Below are positions 10,041 to 19,123 of a DNA stretch of 64,000 nt, in pieces. Position 1 is the first letter of the stretch; every line of letters starts with the position of its first letter. The translations under genes and the position numbers were made by a program. Below the pieces are notes generated by a model. The model did not search any database, had not been told where the DNA came from, and saw nothing but the letters and a program-made list of their open reading frames with translations. The DNA is from a virus. Where the stretch lies: positions 54,974 through 118,973 of the IMG/VR virus record IMGVR_UViG_3300023174_000079. The stretch is one strand, 5' to 3'.

Positions 10041-10466
10041 ATGGATAGCGGACATTGGCTTTTGAGTGAAGGTGTTATTATTGATGAGAATACTTTTGGG
10101 TTTATCTATTTGATTGTTAATACTATTAATAATAAAAAGTATATCGGTAAAAAGCAATGCACTAGTCGTATCAAGCGTAGACCATTAAAGGGTAAGAAAA
10201 ATAATCGGATTGATTATAAGGAATCTGATTGGAGATCCTATACAAGCTCGTCTAATGAGCTCAATGCAGATATAGAGAAGTATGGAAAGGATAAATTTAT
10301 ATTTAAAATTTTACGTACTTGTGATTCAAAGTGGGCTTTAGCGTACTATGAAATAAAAGAACAGTTAGGTGAAGATGTACTTTTGCGTGATGATTATTAT
10401 AATGGAATTTGTAACGTACGTATTGGTAAGGCTCCTAAGCTCGAGCTTGCAAAATTTAAACTATAA
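10041..10466 (+). CDS. GIY-YIG endonuclease
   Basis: FGFIYLIVNTINNKKYIGKK, YTSSS, YYNG. Confidence 0.85.
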   Translation: MDSGHWLLSEGVIIDENTFGFIYLIVNTINNKKYIGKKQCTSRIKRRPLKGKKNNRIDYKESDWRSYTSSSNELNADIEKYGKDKFIFKILRTCDSKWALAYYEIKEQLGEDVLLRDDYYNGICNVRIGKAPKLELAKFKL

Positions 10467-10478
10467 TATTATACTGTT

Positions 10479-11057
10479 GTGGTGATCGAAAGCTGTACAT
10501 TTAATCAGTTTAATCTTCAGTTGATTAGCTTTGAGTCTATTTTTAAAAATATCGAAGTTGCTTTTATTAATGATCTCGCAAAATATCAGCTTTTACCAAC
10601 AAAGAAAGTAACGAGAGATATTAAGAAATTACTATATCATCATATTTTTTACGGTACATGTGAATGTCTCTTAAGGCGTGAATCAAGGGAACGGGTTGTA
10701 TTGCTCAAGGCAATGCAATTAGATTTAACCGGTTTTCAAGTTTTGCAATACTTCGATAAGGAAATAATTCAAAAACACGTTGATCAGATAGCTCTAAAGG
10801 TAGCGAGATTATTACCAATAAACATGTATGGTTATGAAAATATAGAATTTTGTTCACTCAAGCATTTGTATTCAAAGCGTGATGGTAATGTTATTGAACT
10901 TATCGAACGTATACGATCTTATGCATGGACAAAGGATTTTACGCGGTCACATTATACGTTTGCAAAAGTCAGAGGGTTTGTAAAGCGTAATGAATTGACT
11001 TTTTTAAGTGAGAAGTACTTTAATCAACTTAAAACAAAGCAACTTCTCTATGTATAA
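10479..11057 (+). CDS. Hypothetical protein
   Basis: 192-aa ORF preceded by TTGCAA-17-TATACT. Confidence 0.65.
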   Translation: MVIESCTFNQFNLQLISFESIFKNIEVAFINDLAKYQLLPTKKVTRDIKKLLYHHIFYGTCECLLRRESRERVVLLKAMQLDLTGFQVLQYFDKEIIQKHVDQIALKVARLLPINMYGYENIEFCSLKHLYSKRDGNVIELIERIRSYAWTKDFTRSHYTFAKVRGFVKRNELTFLSEKYFNQLKTKQLLYV

Positions 11058-11073
11058 GTATTAAATACTTATA

Positions 11074-11523
11074 ATGAAATTTCTTGATAAACTTAATAAG
11101 CAATGGACTCTACTAGATGAGGATGATGCTACACAAGTTCCTGATAATACAGCGGATGCTGCAGCTCCTGATCCTAATGCAATTCCAAAGCCTGCTACAG
11201 GTGAGCTAGCGCAAGTAGCTCCTGAAGGCTATGTCGGTCTTGTAAAGCTGTTAGCAAAGGCAACAGCTATGAATTTTCCTGCTGGTGCGCTTGATGAAAT
11301 TTTTAGAACAGATATTACAGCTGAGAACGCTTTTCCTATGCAGACTGCTCTCGAAGCTGCTATTAAGCAGAATGAAATGTACAGCGACAATCCAGAAAGA
11401 TTACAAAATATAAATTATAATAAATTTGCTAATAGCATTAACGCTGGAAATTTTATAAACAAATATAAGCAGCTTCTTGCAGCTATGAAAAAGCAAGATC
11501 CATATTTAAAAGATGAGCTTTAA
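11074..11523 (+). CDS. Putative head-internal protein
   Basis: TAAATA-6-ATG; MKFLDKLNKQWTLLDE leader followed by an acidic/Pro/Ala linker. Confidence 0.6.
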   Translation: MKFLDKLNKQWTLLDEDDATQVPDNTADAAAPDPNAIPKPATGELAQVAPEGYVGLVKLLAKATAMNFPAGALDEIFRTDITAENAFPMQTALEAAIKQNEMYSDNPERLQNINYNKFANSINAGNFINKYKQLLAAMKKQDPYLKDEL

Positions 11524-12802
11524 AAGTTTAAAAGATATTTACGCGGAAAAATGTATAGGTGCACCTGTAGGTTTGATGCCTAGGCAGGCTGTAATCTTAT
11601 CTAAATTTGTTACCGAGGGTGGAGCAGCTGGTCATATGGATCATCCTTTCGATTTACCGCAAGTCAAAACAGGTAGAGATTTAATTAATGTTTTTAATAA
11701 AACGATTCAATCAATACAGAAAAATCCGCCTTCAGTAAAAATTGACGGTGTTAATGCCTCAATAAAGCTTGTTACAAACCCTGACGGTAGTATGGAATTT
11801 GGTCTTGATCGTGGATCAAATAAGCCGCTTGATGTAAAAGGCGTAACAAGAGCAGATCTCAATAGTAGGTTTACTGAAGGTCACGGAATGATCGAGGTTG
11901 GCGGTATTGTATTAGATATTTTTAATAAGGCTCTCCCTACTATAAAAGACGATTTAGCAAAGCTTGGTTTCTTTAAAAAGCCTCTACTCCTTAATATGGA
12001 ATATGTAAAGGGCGGTACAAATGTCATTGGTTACGCAGATAATTTTCTTGCTATTCACGGTATTAACGAAATTTATGAAGTTAAAAGCCCGGTTAAAGGA
12101 TCTATCTCTCGTGCAACAAGAGAGATTTCCTATAATCCTGAAGTATTGCAAGATCTTATTGATAAAGTTAATAAAATTGCGAAGAATTATGGATTTAAGA
12201 TTCTTGGTTCAGTACCTGCTAAGTTAAAGAATAGGGTCGATCTCACCTCAACGCTTAATACTGAATTAACAGTTAAATACTCTGACCATACAGCAGAAAC
12301 TAAAACATTAAAAGCTTGGCTTGAACAAAGCAAGAACCCACGTGGACAAAAGATTACCTTATCAAATGGAAAGAAGGTCGATGCACTTAGTAAGCAAGTC
12401 TATATGGATATTCTTAATGGTGTAGCGCTAGATCAATACATTAAGGACGGTAATAAGGAAGACGAAAAAGCAGCTATAAGTGGTGCGGTCTTTTACCATG
12501 CGGTTCGTCTTTTGGGTCAGAAGATTATCGATTCTATGACTTCTGAAATGGGAGATATTAACAATCACGAAGGTGTTGTAATACGTGATTCGTCAATCTC
12601 ATCAAAGCCATTTAAGCTTACCGGTAATTTTATTGTCCGAGGTCTTGAGTCAAGATTTGCACAACAAGATAATGAAGAAGTTTCAGGGTTGTTGCAGAAT
12701 ATTGCTACAGCAAACGGTCTCTATGTTAATTCACCGTACGATCGCGCGACCGGTGGTACGGGAGCCGGTGGCGGTACACGAGTTGGTGCAGAGGTTAGCT
12801 AA
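11513..12802 (+). CDS. ATP-dependent ligase/nucleotidyltransferase-fold protein (RNA-ligase-like, DUF6267-like)
   Basis: GGAAGHMDHP, motif I KIDG, EGVVIRD, and terminal KLTGNF resemble ligase motifs I, IV and V. Confidence 0.65.
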   Translation: MSFKSLKDIYAEKCIGAPVGLMPRQAVILSKFVTEGGAAGHMDHPFDLPQVKTGRDLINVFNKTIQSIQKNPPSVKIDGVNASIKLVTNPDGSMEFGLDRGSNKPLDVKGVTRADLNSRFTEGHGMIEVGGIVLDIFNKALPTIKDDLAKLGFFKKPLLLNMEYVKGGTNVIGYADNFLAIHGINEIYEVKSPVKGSISRATREISYNPEVLQDLIDKVNKIAKNYGFKILGSVPAKLKNRVDLTSTLNTELTVKYSDHTAETKTLKAWLEQSKNPRGQKITLSNGKKVDALSKQVYMDILNGVALDQYIKDGNKEDEKAAISGAVFYHAVRLLGQKIIDSMTSEMGDINNHEGVVIRDSSISSKPFKLTGNFIVRGLESRFAQQDNEEVSGLLQNIATANGLYVNSPYDRATGGTGAGGGTRVGAEVS

Positions 12803-12803
12803 T

Positions 12804-13421
12804 ATGAAATACAAAGCTTTAGTTGAAAATATCATAGCAGACATTAAGCCTACAGGGTCAAAGGCTGTCTTTGTTTTTGGAAGAATGAACCCCCCTACTC
12901 TCGGCCATGAATTGTTAATAGCAAAAGCTGTTGAAGTCGGTAGAGCTGAACATTGCGATACATTTGTTATTCTTTCAAAAACACAAGATACTAAAAAGAA
13001 CCCTGTTCCATATAACGACAAGCTTGCAGCTATAAATGCTGCTCTTCCGCGTGTTAATTTTATAGATTCAGAAAAAATTAAAACTTTATTTGATGCCGTA
13101 CAGTTTTTAATCGATAGTGGTTATACTGATTTAATACTTGTTTGTGGTAGTGATCGGGCAGCGGAATATGATGCTCTATTTAACAAATATATTAATAATC
13201 CAGATCCAGAAAAACGCTTAGCATTAACTAGCTTTAAAACAGCTGTCGCCGGTGCAAATAGAGATCCGGATAGTGATGATGCTTCTGGTATAAGCGCTAC
13301 GAAGGCTCGTAATTTAGCAAAAGCTGGAGACTTTGAAGCTTTTAAAAAAATATTACCTACACAAATGCCTGAAAATCAGGCTAAGGTTTTATTTGATGAC
13401 ATTCGAAAGAACTTAAAATAA
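12804..13421 (+). CDS. HIGH-family (cytidylyl/adenylyl) nucleotidyltransferase
   Basis: FGRMNPPTLGH, VCGSDR, RDPDSD..GISATKAR; ATG at 12804 follows the upstream stop. Confidence 0.85.
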   Translation: MKYKALVENIIADIKPTGSKAVFVFGRMNPPTLGHELLIAKAVEVGRAEHCDTFVILSKTQDTKKNPVPYNDKLAAINAALPRVNFIDSEKIKTLFDAVQFLIDSGYTDLILVCGSDRAAEYDALFNKYINNPDPEKRLALTSFKTAVAGANRDPDSDDASGISATKARNLAKAGDFEAFKKILPTQMPENQAKVLFDDIRKNLK

Positions 13422-13422
13422 A

Positions 13423-14046
13423 TTAAGCTTCGAGCATCTTTATCATTCCGTAGACAGCATCTTCAACCCTTTCTTTTGGCTGGCTACGCATAAGTTCTTT
13501 AATTTTATTAATTAAGTTTTCACCGCCAGCATCTATACTCTTATAGAGATCTTGTTCTGTCTTTTCTTCAATCTCAATATCGTGATCAACTCTGTGCTTA
13601 AAATCTTCGTAATCCTTATAACCGAGCACACTATTAATGTTATCTGTAGCTTTGCTTAATTTATCTGCTACCCAAGGCTCAATTTCACTATCACAAGGTA
13701 TAATGTCGTAGAGCATCGCTGCCATTTTTGTAATTCTGTAAAGGTTTTGCTTTGCCATATTGGATGCCTTGTGTTCGGGATGTTCACCGGTATGTGTAAA
13801 TTCATCGTCTTCATTATCATAATCGCTATGTTTTTTCTTCCTTGCAAATACCATATCATCTTCCGATTTTACGTCTTCTTCACTCCACTCGCACTCACAA
13901 TCTTCTGCTGCTTGATTACACTTAAGACATTTTCTCATAGGTGCGCCATTTTCGCTATCTTCAGCGTTTGGGCCAAGGCCTACATTTTCCTGTAAGAACA
14001 CTCTTGTACTATAGAGGGTATTAAGATCATCAATATAACTACGCAT
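13423..14046 (-). CDS. Conserved T4-like phage protein, probable head-internal protein
   Basis: MAKQNLYRI..AAML....EIEPWVADKLSKA helical motif; TAAATA promoter upstream of ATG 14046; the longer ORF-track start overlaps an opposite-strand gene. Confidence 0.7.
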   Translation of the reverse strand: MRSYIDDLNTLYSTRVFLQENVGLGPNAEDSENGAPMRKCLKCNQAAEDCECEWSEEDVKSEDDMVFARKKKHSDYDNEDDEFTHTGEHPEHKASNMAKQNLYRITKMAAMLYDIIPCDSEIEPWVADKLSKATDNINSVLGYKDYEDFKHRVDHDIEIEEKTEQDLYKSIDAGGENLINKIKELMRSQPKERVEDAVYGMIKMLEA

Positions 14047-14080
14047 ATGTAAATATTTATTCTCGCAATTAAATAATATT

Positions 14081-14389
14081 ATGCAAAGTTTATTTGAATC
14101 ACGCTTTATTGAAGTATTAGAAAAAAACGGACCGAGCTTATCTATTAAGCGTGGTGAAAAGCTCCCCGTAAGTCGTGGCGGTGGGTTAACTGCAAAGGGT
14201 CGTGCCAAATATAATCGCGCTACAGGATCACATCTCAAGGCCCCTGTTACAGGTAAGGTTAAGAAGGGGTCTAAGGCATCTAAGCGTAGAAAGAGTTTTT
14301 GTGCTAGAAGTAAAGCTTGGATTCCTGCAGGCGGCTGCGCTGGCAAGAAGACAAGAGGTTGTGCTGCGAGGAGGAGATGGAAATGCTAA
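14081..14389 (+). CDS. Small basic protein (DUF6321-like)
   Basis: GGLTAKGRAKYNRATGSHLKAPV...RRKSFCARS...ARRRWKC; TAAATA-5-ATG. Confidence 0.75.
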   Translation: MQSLFESRFIEVLEKNGPSLSIKRGEKLPVSRGGGLTAKGRAKYNRATGSHLKAPVTGKVKKGSKASKRRKSFCARSKAWIPAGGCAGKKTRGCAARRRWKC

Positions 14390-14535
14390 CGTTCAGACAA
14401 TTTATTATAGAAAAAAAGGTTAAGCGCGATCGTTGCTTAAGAAGAGCGGATTCAGTCTATGGTAAAAAAACGTCTGCTTATAAGTCTGGAGCTGTTGTAA
14501 AATGCCGTCAAGGAAAAATCTGGAAAAAGAAATGA
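14383..14535 (+). CDS. Small basic protein with capsid-targeting-like N-terminus
   Basis: MLTFRQFIIE; D.C..RA...YG..TSAYKSGAVVKCR motif (DUF5872-like N-terminal part). Confidence 0.65.
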   Translation: MLTFRQFIIEKKVKRDRCLRRADSVYGKKTSAYKSGAVVKCRQGKIWKKK

Positions 14536-14780
14536 AATTTAATGACCTTTATCAAATATTAATGGAAGACTTTTCAAAAGAAAAGTCCCAAGGGCTTCAT
14601 GGATGGTTTTCGCGTAATAAGGGAAAAGGCTGGGTCGATTGCAAAACGGGTAAACCTTGTGGTAGACAAAAAGGTGAAAAGAGAAGAAGCTATCCAGCCT
14701 GTCGACCAACAATGGCTATGTGTAATAGTAGAAAGAGACTCAAAAAAGGCTCCAAACGAATTTCTTGGAAGAAAAAATAA
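14532..14780 (+). CDS. Small basic Cys-containing protein (DUF5872-like C-terminal part)
   Basis: MKFNDLYQILME; GLHGWF...WVDCKTGKPCGR...YPACRP. Confidence 0.7.
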   Translation: MKFNDLYQILMEDFSKEKSQGLHGWFSRNKGKGWVDCKTGKPCGRQKGEKRRSYPACRPTMAMCNSRKRLKKGSKRISWKKK

Positions 14781-14785
14781 TTATA

Positions 14786-15196
14786 ATGAAAACTTTTAAA
14801 AATTTTATCGAAAATAGACCTATACTCGGTGTTACGGAATATATAACAATAGATGGGATCGGATCTGTTGTCGCAAAAATAGATAGTGGTAATGAAGCTT
14901 ATAATGTTCTACACGGTGTAGATATTGAAGACAGCGGAGATGATACCGTGACCTTTACTACTATTAATGACAAAAAAATTACACTCCCTCGCACTGGTAG
15001 TATTGATATCAATATTGGCAGTGGTAACATCGAAACCCGTCCAACGGTTGTACTCGATATTATTCTAAGAGATATACCTCATAAAGGCATTACCTTTAGT
15101 ATCGCTGATCGAGCGGATAATGAACAACAGGTGTTAATAGGAGAGCCGTTTATTAAACGGCTCAACGCTCTCGTAGATGTTAAGAGAGCTGTTTAA
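14786..15196 (+). CDS. Retropepsin-like aspartic protease (RimK-associated/putative ATP-dependent Zn protease family)
   Basis: AKIDSGN catalytic motif, RPTV, FSIADR, VLIG; N-terminal MKTFKNFIE. Confidence 0.8.
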   Translation: MKTFKNFIENRPILGVTEYITIDGIGSVVAKIDSGNEAYNVLHGVDIEDSGDDTVTFTTINDKKITLPRTGSIDINIGSGNIETRPTVVLDIILRDIPHKGITFSIADRADNEQQVLIGEPFIKRLNALVDVKRAV

Positions 15197-15840
15197 AACA
15201 AATTTCTGTTTTGCGCAAACTCAATAAACTTGTAAAACTCAGCACGTGAGCTATCACCGTTTTCAAGAAATGCACCGGACATTCTCGCAGTTCTCATTGT
15301 TGAGTCGTGTTTTATACCACGATTTGAGCAGCAAGTATGCTTAGCTTCAATCATAACAGCTACACCGGCGTTATTTTCACATACTGTATCAATAAAACTA
15401 GCTATTTGATTTGTTAGGTTTTCCTGTACCTGTGGACGGCGAGCAAACCAATCTACAATTCTATTAAGCTTACTCAATCCAATAACTTTACCATCAGCGC
15501 GTGGAATATATGCAACGTGTGCATATCCTGTAAACGGTAACCAGTGATGTGCGCAAAGGCTAGTCAATTTAATATTATTCTGACAAACCATACCGTCATA
15601 TTTATCGACATTGTCGAACGCTGTTATTTTTGGAGGTGGCGTAAAGCAACCCTGACAGATGTCATACATATACGCCTTAGCAACACGTCGCGGCGTGTCA
15701 ATAGCGTTTGGATCTGATTCAAAATCAAAACCAAGGGTATTCATAAATTTACCAAAATGTTTAGCTGCTGCTTCGACACGCTTTTTCATTTCTGCTTCTG
15801 TTAAAACAATGTTACTATTTGAGTTTTTTAATTCAGTCAT
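15193..15840 (-). CDS. folE: GTP cyclohydrolase I
   Basis: [39 protein letters not shown]. Confidence 0.96.
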   Translation of the reverse strand: MTELKNSNSNIVLTEAEMKKRVEAAAKHFGKFMNTLGFDFESDPNAIDTPRRVAKAYMYDICQGCFTPPPKITAFDNVDKYDGMVCQNNIKLTSLCAHHWLPFTGYAHVAYIPRADGKVIGLSKLNRIVDWFARRPQVQENLTNQIASFIDTVCENNAGVAVMIEAKHTCCSNRGIKHDSTMRTARMSGAFLENGDSSRAEFYKFIEFAQNRNLF

Positions 15841-15931
15841 ACAACATATATTAATATATTAACCTTTTAAAGCAACTTTTTTTTATTTGATCTGAGCACG
15901 AAAAGGTGGTGATGACAGCATAAATATTAAT

Positions 15932-16759
15932 ATGAATAACATCAAATGTTTAGAATGTGGCAAGGAATTTAAATTTCTTAATAATACACATCTTAAAAGA
16001 CATAATTTAGCTATACAAGAATATAAAAATAAGTGGAATATTAAAGAGAGTTTGGTTTGTGATGATTTAAAGAAGGTAAGAGGTGATTATACGCGTGGTA
16101 AGACATACGAGCAGATACATGGAAAAGCTACAGCGCAGAGATTAAAAGAGTTGAGATGTATACATACAACTAATCAAATGAATGACGTAAATCAGCGTTT
16201 ATTAAGAAAAAAGGTTTGCGGTAAATGGGCGGCTAACGCTGATGAATATTTATCACGTACCAGTAAGATGAAAATTGCTTGTCAGAATCCCGATGTTATA
16301 AAGCGTCGCAGAGAGACATTGTTGAAGCGATACAATACATCTAATACGCTGAGAATACAACCACGTTTTTCAAAAATGGCTTATGAATATATTAAAAATT
16401 ATATCAAACAGAATAATCTTGATGTATCATGCTGCTATTATGCAAAAGGCGGTATTAATAATAGAGAATATGTTTATTTTGATTCTGATACACAAAAACA
16501 TATTATGTTTGATCTTGTTGTAATCAATAGCGAAACAAAGAAAATAGAATTAATTTTCGAATATAATGGCCCGTTTCATTGGACGGAAGATGATGTTAGG
16601 CAAGATCCGTATAGTTCATCGACTTGGTTTAAAACAAATTCTATGACTAAGCTAGAATCATATAATTATGATCAATATAAATTAAATATCGCAAAAAAAA
16701 TTAGCACAAATGTTGTCGTTTATTGGCTACGTGATAACCGTATCGAACAAGTTAAATGA
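15932..16759 (+). CDS. Putative homing endonuclease (Zn finger plus PD-(D/E)XK/Vsr-like C-terminal domain)
   Basis: CLECGKEF...HLKRH, GKTYEQIHG repeat, FDLVV...IFEYNGPFHW; late promoter. Confidence 0.65.
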   Translation: MNNIKCLECGKEFKFLNNTHLKRHNLAIQEYKNKWNIKESLVCDDLKKVRGDYTRGKTYEQIHGKATAQRLKELRCIHTTNQMNDVNQRLLRKKVCGKWAANADEYLSRTSKMKIACQNPDVIKRRRETLLKRYNTSNTLRIQPRFSKMAYEYIKNYIKQNNLDVSCCYYAKGGINNREYVYFDSDTQKHIMFDLVVINSETKKIELIFEYNGPFHWTEDDVRQDPYSSSTWFKTNSMTKLESYNYDQYKLNIAKKISTNVVVYWLRDNRIEQVK

Positions 16760-16778
16760 TCTAACATAAATAATAAAG

Positions 16779-17207
16779 ATGAAGTATAATCGAATCATTT
16801 TGGAGAGCTTACAGAAAGTAGCTCTAAAGAAAGTACGCATTAAGGTTGACCCTATTAATGTTAGCCAAGGTGCAGATTTATCAAATTGTAATGGTTATGA
16901 GGGGTATGTATTAGCTGAAGATCGAGAAATTACAAAAGTTTTAGTTATTACCCCTGATCAAGAAAATGATATGTCAATAATGGATATACCTAACGAACAT
17001 CTCGAACAACTCGCTAATGTTAATGAAAATTTAACAGCTTTAAAAGAGTTTATCTTACTGGCGCTTGATATTGCTAGTGACGATCCTCTTATTCAAAACA
17101 TTAATGCCTGTGAGTCGATTGACGATGTTGAGGTGTTTTTAAAAGATAGAGGGTTGACAGATGAAGATATAACAAATCTTTATAAATATTATATCGCCAA
17201 TGAATAA
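16779..17207 (+). CDS. Hypothetical late protein
   Basis: TAAATA-6-ATG; MKYNRIILES leader; SH3-like YEGYVLAE segment. Confidence 0.65.
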   Translation: MKYNRIILESLQKVALKKVRIKVDPINVSQGADLSNCNGYEGYVLAEDREITKVLVITPDQENDMSIMDIPNEHLEQLANVNENLTALKEFILLALDIASDDPLIQNINACESIDDVEVFLKDRGLTDEDITNLYKYYIANE

Positions 17208-18126
17208 TTTCGACGCATTAGCTAAAGTTGTAACTGGCGAATCAACGATAGGTGATTACGTCCGAGCTGCAGGTAGAGCAGCTGCACGTACACCCGGTGC
17301 TGTTATAACAGCACCGTTTAAAGCTGCAAAAGCTGCTATTAAGGGTACCGTACAACTTCCAGGTCGTGCTATACAGGCTGTTGGTAAGACTATTAGTGGA
17401 GCTGGAAAGCTCTATAATGTACTCGGTGCTGGTCAAACGGGCGGTGGAGCCGAATTATTACAAAGCATTGGTGGTAATATTTCAAAAGCTGGTGGTGCTA
17501 TAGCGGATGTACCTACAAAAATTCATAATGCTATTGTTGCATATGGTCAGAGTGCTGATTTTAAGCGGAAGTACTTAAGCGATTATAAAAACTATGTTAA
17601 TTCTACATATCAAAGATTACCTGATAGGCAGAAAAAACAAATTAAATCAGCCAAGGATATTACTGAAATTGAAAAGATACTTAAAAACTCAATACCTGGA
17701 ATTACCGATAATCAAGTCAAGAATGTAACAACTTCCTTCTTTAAGGGAGGTAAAATAAAAAATGATCCCAAGGTTAAAAATATACTTACAAATACTCCAG
17801 CTCCTACGCCTACTAGAACACCTACGTCGGTCCCTGTATCTACTCCTACACCGACTTCTACATCTACACCGACTTCCGCGCCGGCTAACACATTAAATAC
17901 CTCTCAAATTAAACCAAGAATAAAAGCAAATCGTTCAATGGTCAATGACATCGCTAATGGAATAATCTACAAGTATATGGGTAGATCAAGCGGTGGTTGG
18001 TATGTTTATGACCCGAAGACAAAGACGATAGACCCTGCCCCTATCGACCCACAGGAACAAAAGCGTGTAGCAGAACTTTGGCGTAAAAAGGAGATTGCTA
18101 ATATGACATCTCGCCACAAAAAATAA
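17200..18126 (+). CDS. Hypothetical protein with Gly/Ala-rich amphipathic N-terminus and Pro/Thr linker
   Basis: 308-aa ORF; PTPTRTPTSVPVSTPTPTSTSTPT linker. Confidence 0.7.
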   Translation: MNNFDALAKVVTGESTIGDYVRAAGRAAARTPGAVITAPFKAAKAAIKGTVQLPGRAIQAVGKTISGAGKLYNVLGAGQTGGGAELLQSIGGNISKAGGAIADVPTKIHNAIVAYGQSADFKRKYLSDYKNYVNSTYQRLPDRQKKQIKSAKDITEIEKILKNSIPGITDNQVKNVTTSFFKGGKIKNDPKVKNILTNTPAPTPTRTPTSVPVSTPTPTSTSTPTSAPANTLNTSQIKPRIKANRSMVNDIANGIIYKYMGRSSGGWYVYDPKTKTIDPAPIDPQEQKRVAELWRKKEIANMTSRHKK

Positions 18127-18130
18127 ATTT

Positions 18131-18328
18131 ATGCCATATAATATTCAAAAATCTAAAGCTGGCTATAAAGTACGCTATAAGAAGGGCGGTAAGATGCATA
18201 CAGTACCCGGTGCTTCAACGTCAAAAGAAAAGGCTAGAAAACGTATTGCTGCTATAGAGATAAGCAAACACGCGCATGAAAGCTTTAATCAAGTCGTAGA
18301 AAAATTACTAAAAACTCTAATCTTCTAG
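18131..18328 (+). CDS. Small basic hypothetical protein
   Basis: MPYNIQK...SKEKARKRIAAIEISK, a pattern common in small phage proteins. Confidence 0.65.
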   Translation: MPYNIQKSKAGYKVRYKKGGKMHTVPGASTSKEKARKRIAAIEISKHAHESFNQVVEKLLKTLIF

Positions 18329-18457
18329 TTGATTTATTTTTCACGTGGAATAACTAATAGAGAATATAGGATTTGAGAGAAGGGACGAAAGAGAGTTATT
18401 AATTTTTTTCTGCGATCTTTACGTTGATTTCTAACTTTTCTAAGTCATACTATCTTT

Positions 18458-19123
18458 ATGAGCTATCAGAGTACTAAACTTATCGAACTTGGATCATGTG
18501 CTTTTAGACAATGGAGAGCTACATCGCATTGTTCAAAAATTCACGGCTATCAATTAATGGCTAAATTCTATTTCGGTGGATCTACATTAGATGATAAAAA
18601 TTGGATCGTTGACTTTGCAAATCTTAAACAACTTAAAGCAACACTACAGCAACAATTCGATCATACATTATGTGTAGCTAAGGATGATCCTTTGCTTGAA
18701 ATATTTCAACACTTACATAATATGGGAGGATGTGATGTCCGTATCATGGATGGTGTAGGTATTGAGAAAACTGCTGAATATTGTTTTAAAGCAGCTCAGA
18801 CATTTATAAAGGAAGCATATGGTGATCGTTGTTGGGTAGAAAGAGTTGAAGTATTTGAGCATGAAGCAAATTCAGCTATCTATAGTGAACCGAGACCTGT
18901 TGTTTATTCAACAAGCATCTCATCAATAGCTCCATCTACACCAACAGTAGCTGAGCCTATCATACAACAAAACGTCGAACAACTTCAAATACCCTTAGAA
19001 GCACCAACTACAGAACAACCAGTAGCTGAGCCACCTAAAGCGGGTCCTGTACCACTCCGTCCCAATGTCACAAATGGCTACTCCGGTCTCTTTGATAATA
19101 TTCGCTGGGGTGCAAGTCGGTGA
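18458..19123 (+). CDS. queD: 6-carboxy-5,6,7,8-tetrahydropterin synthase (QueD/PTPS) with Pro-rich C-terminal extension
   Basis: HCSKIHGY, WIVDF, FDHTL, GIEKTAE, VEVFEH..NSA; TTGATT-16-CATACT-6-ATG. Confidence 0.9.
   Translation: MSYQSTKLIELGSCAFRQWRATSHCSKIHGYQLMAKFYFGGSTLDDKNWIVDFANLKQLKATLQQQFDHTLCVAKDDPLLEIFQHLHNMGGCDVRIMDGVGIEKTAEYCFKAAQTFIKEAYGDRCWVERVEVFEHEANSAIYSEPRPVVYSTSISSIAPSTPTVAEPIIQQNVEQLQIPLEAPTTEQPVAEPPKAGPVPLRPNVTNGYSGLFDNIRWGASR

Noticed and set aside
12585-12803. N-terminal extension of the nucleotidyltransferase ORF (possible frameshift fusion with the upstream ligase-fold gene)
   Set aside because: It overlaps the upstream CDS in another frame; a clean ATG at 12804 follows the stop and no slippery site was identified.
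14047-14346. N-terminal 100 aa of the ORF-track 307-aa protein (13423-14346)
   Set aside because: It is the antisense shadow of the DUF6321-like gene; the better start is ATG 14046 with its own TAAATA.
17795-17885. Short tandem DNA repeats (CCTAC/ACACCGACTTC)
   Set aside because: They simply encode the Pro/Thr linker and are degenerate; no evidence of an independent repeat element.
18329-18457. preQ1 riboswitch upstream of queD
   Set aside because: No recognisable preQ1-I stem with an A-rich tail, and queD has its own promoter 6 nt before the ATG, leaving no leader.
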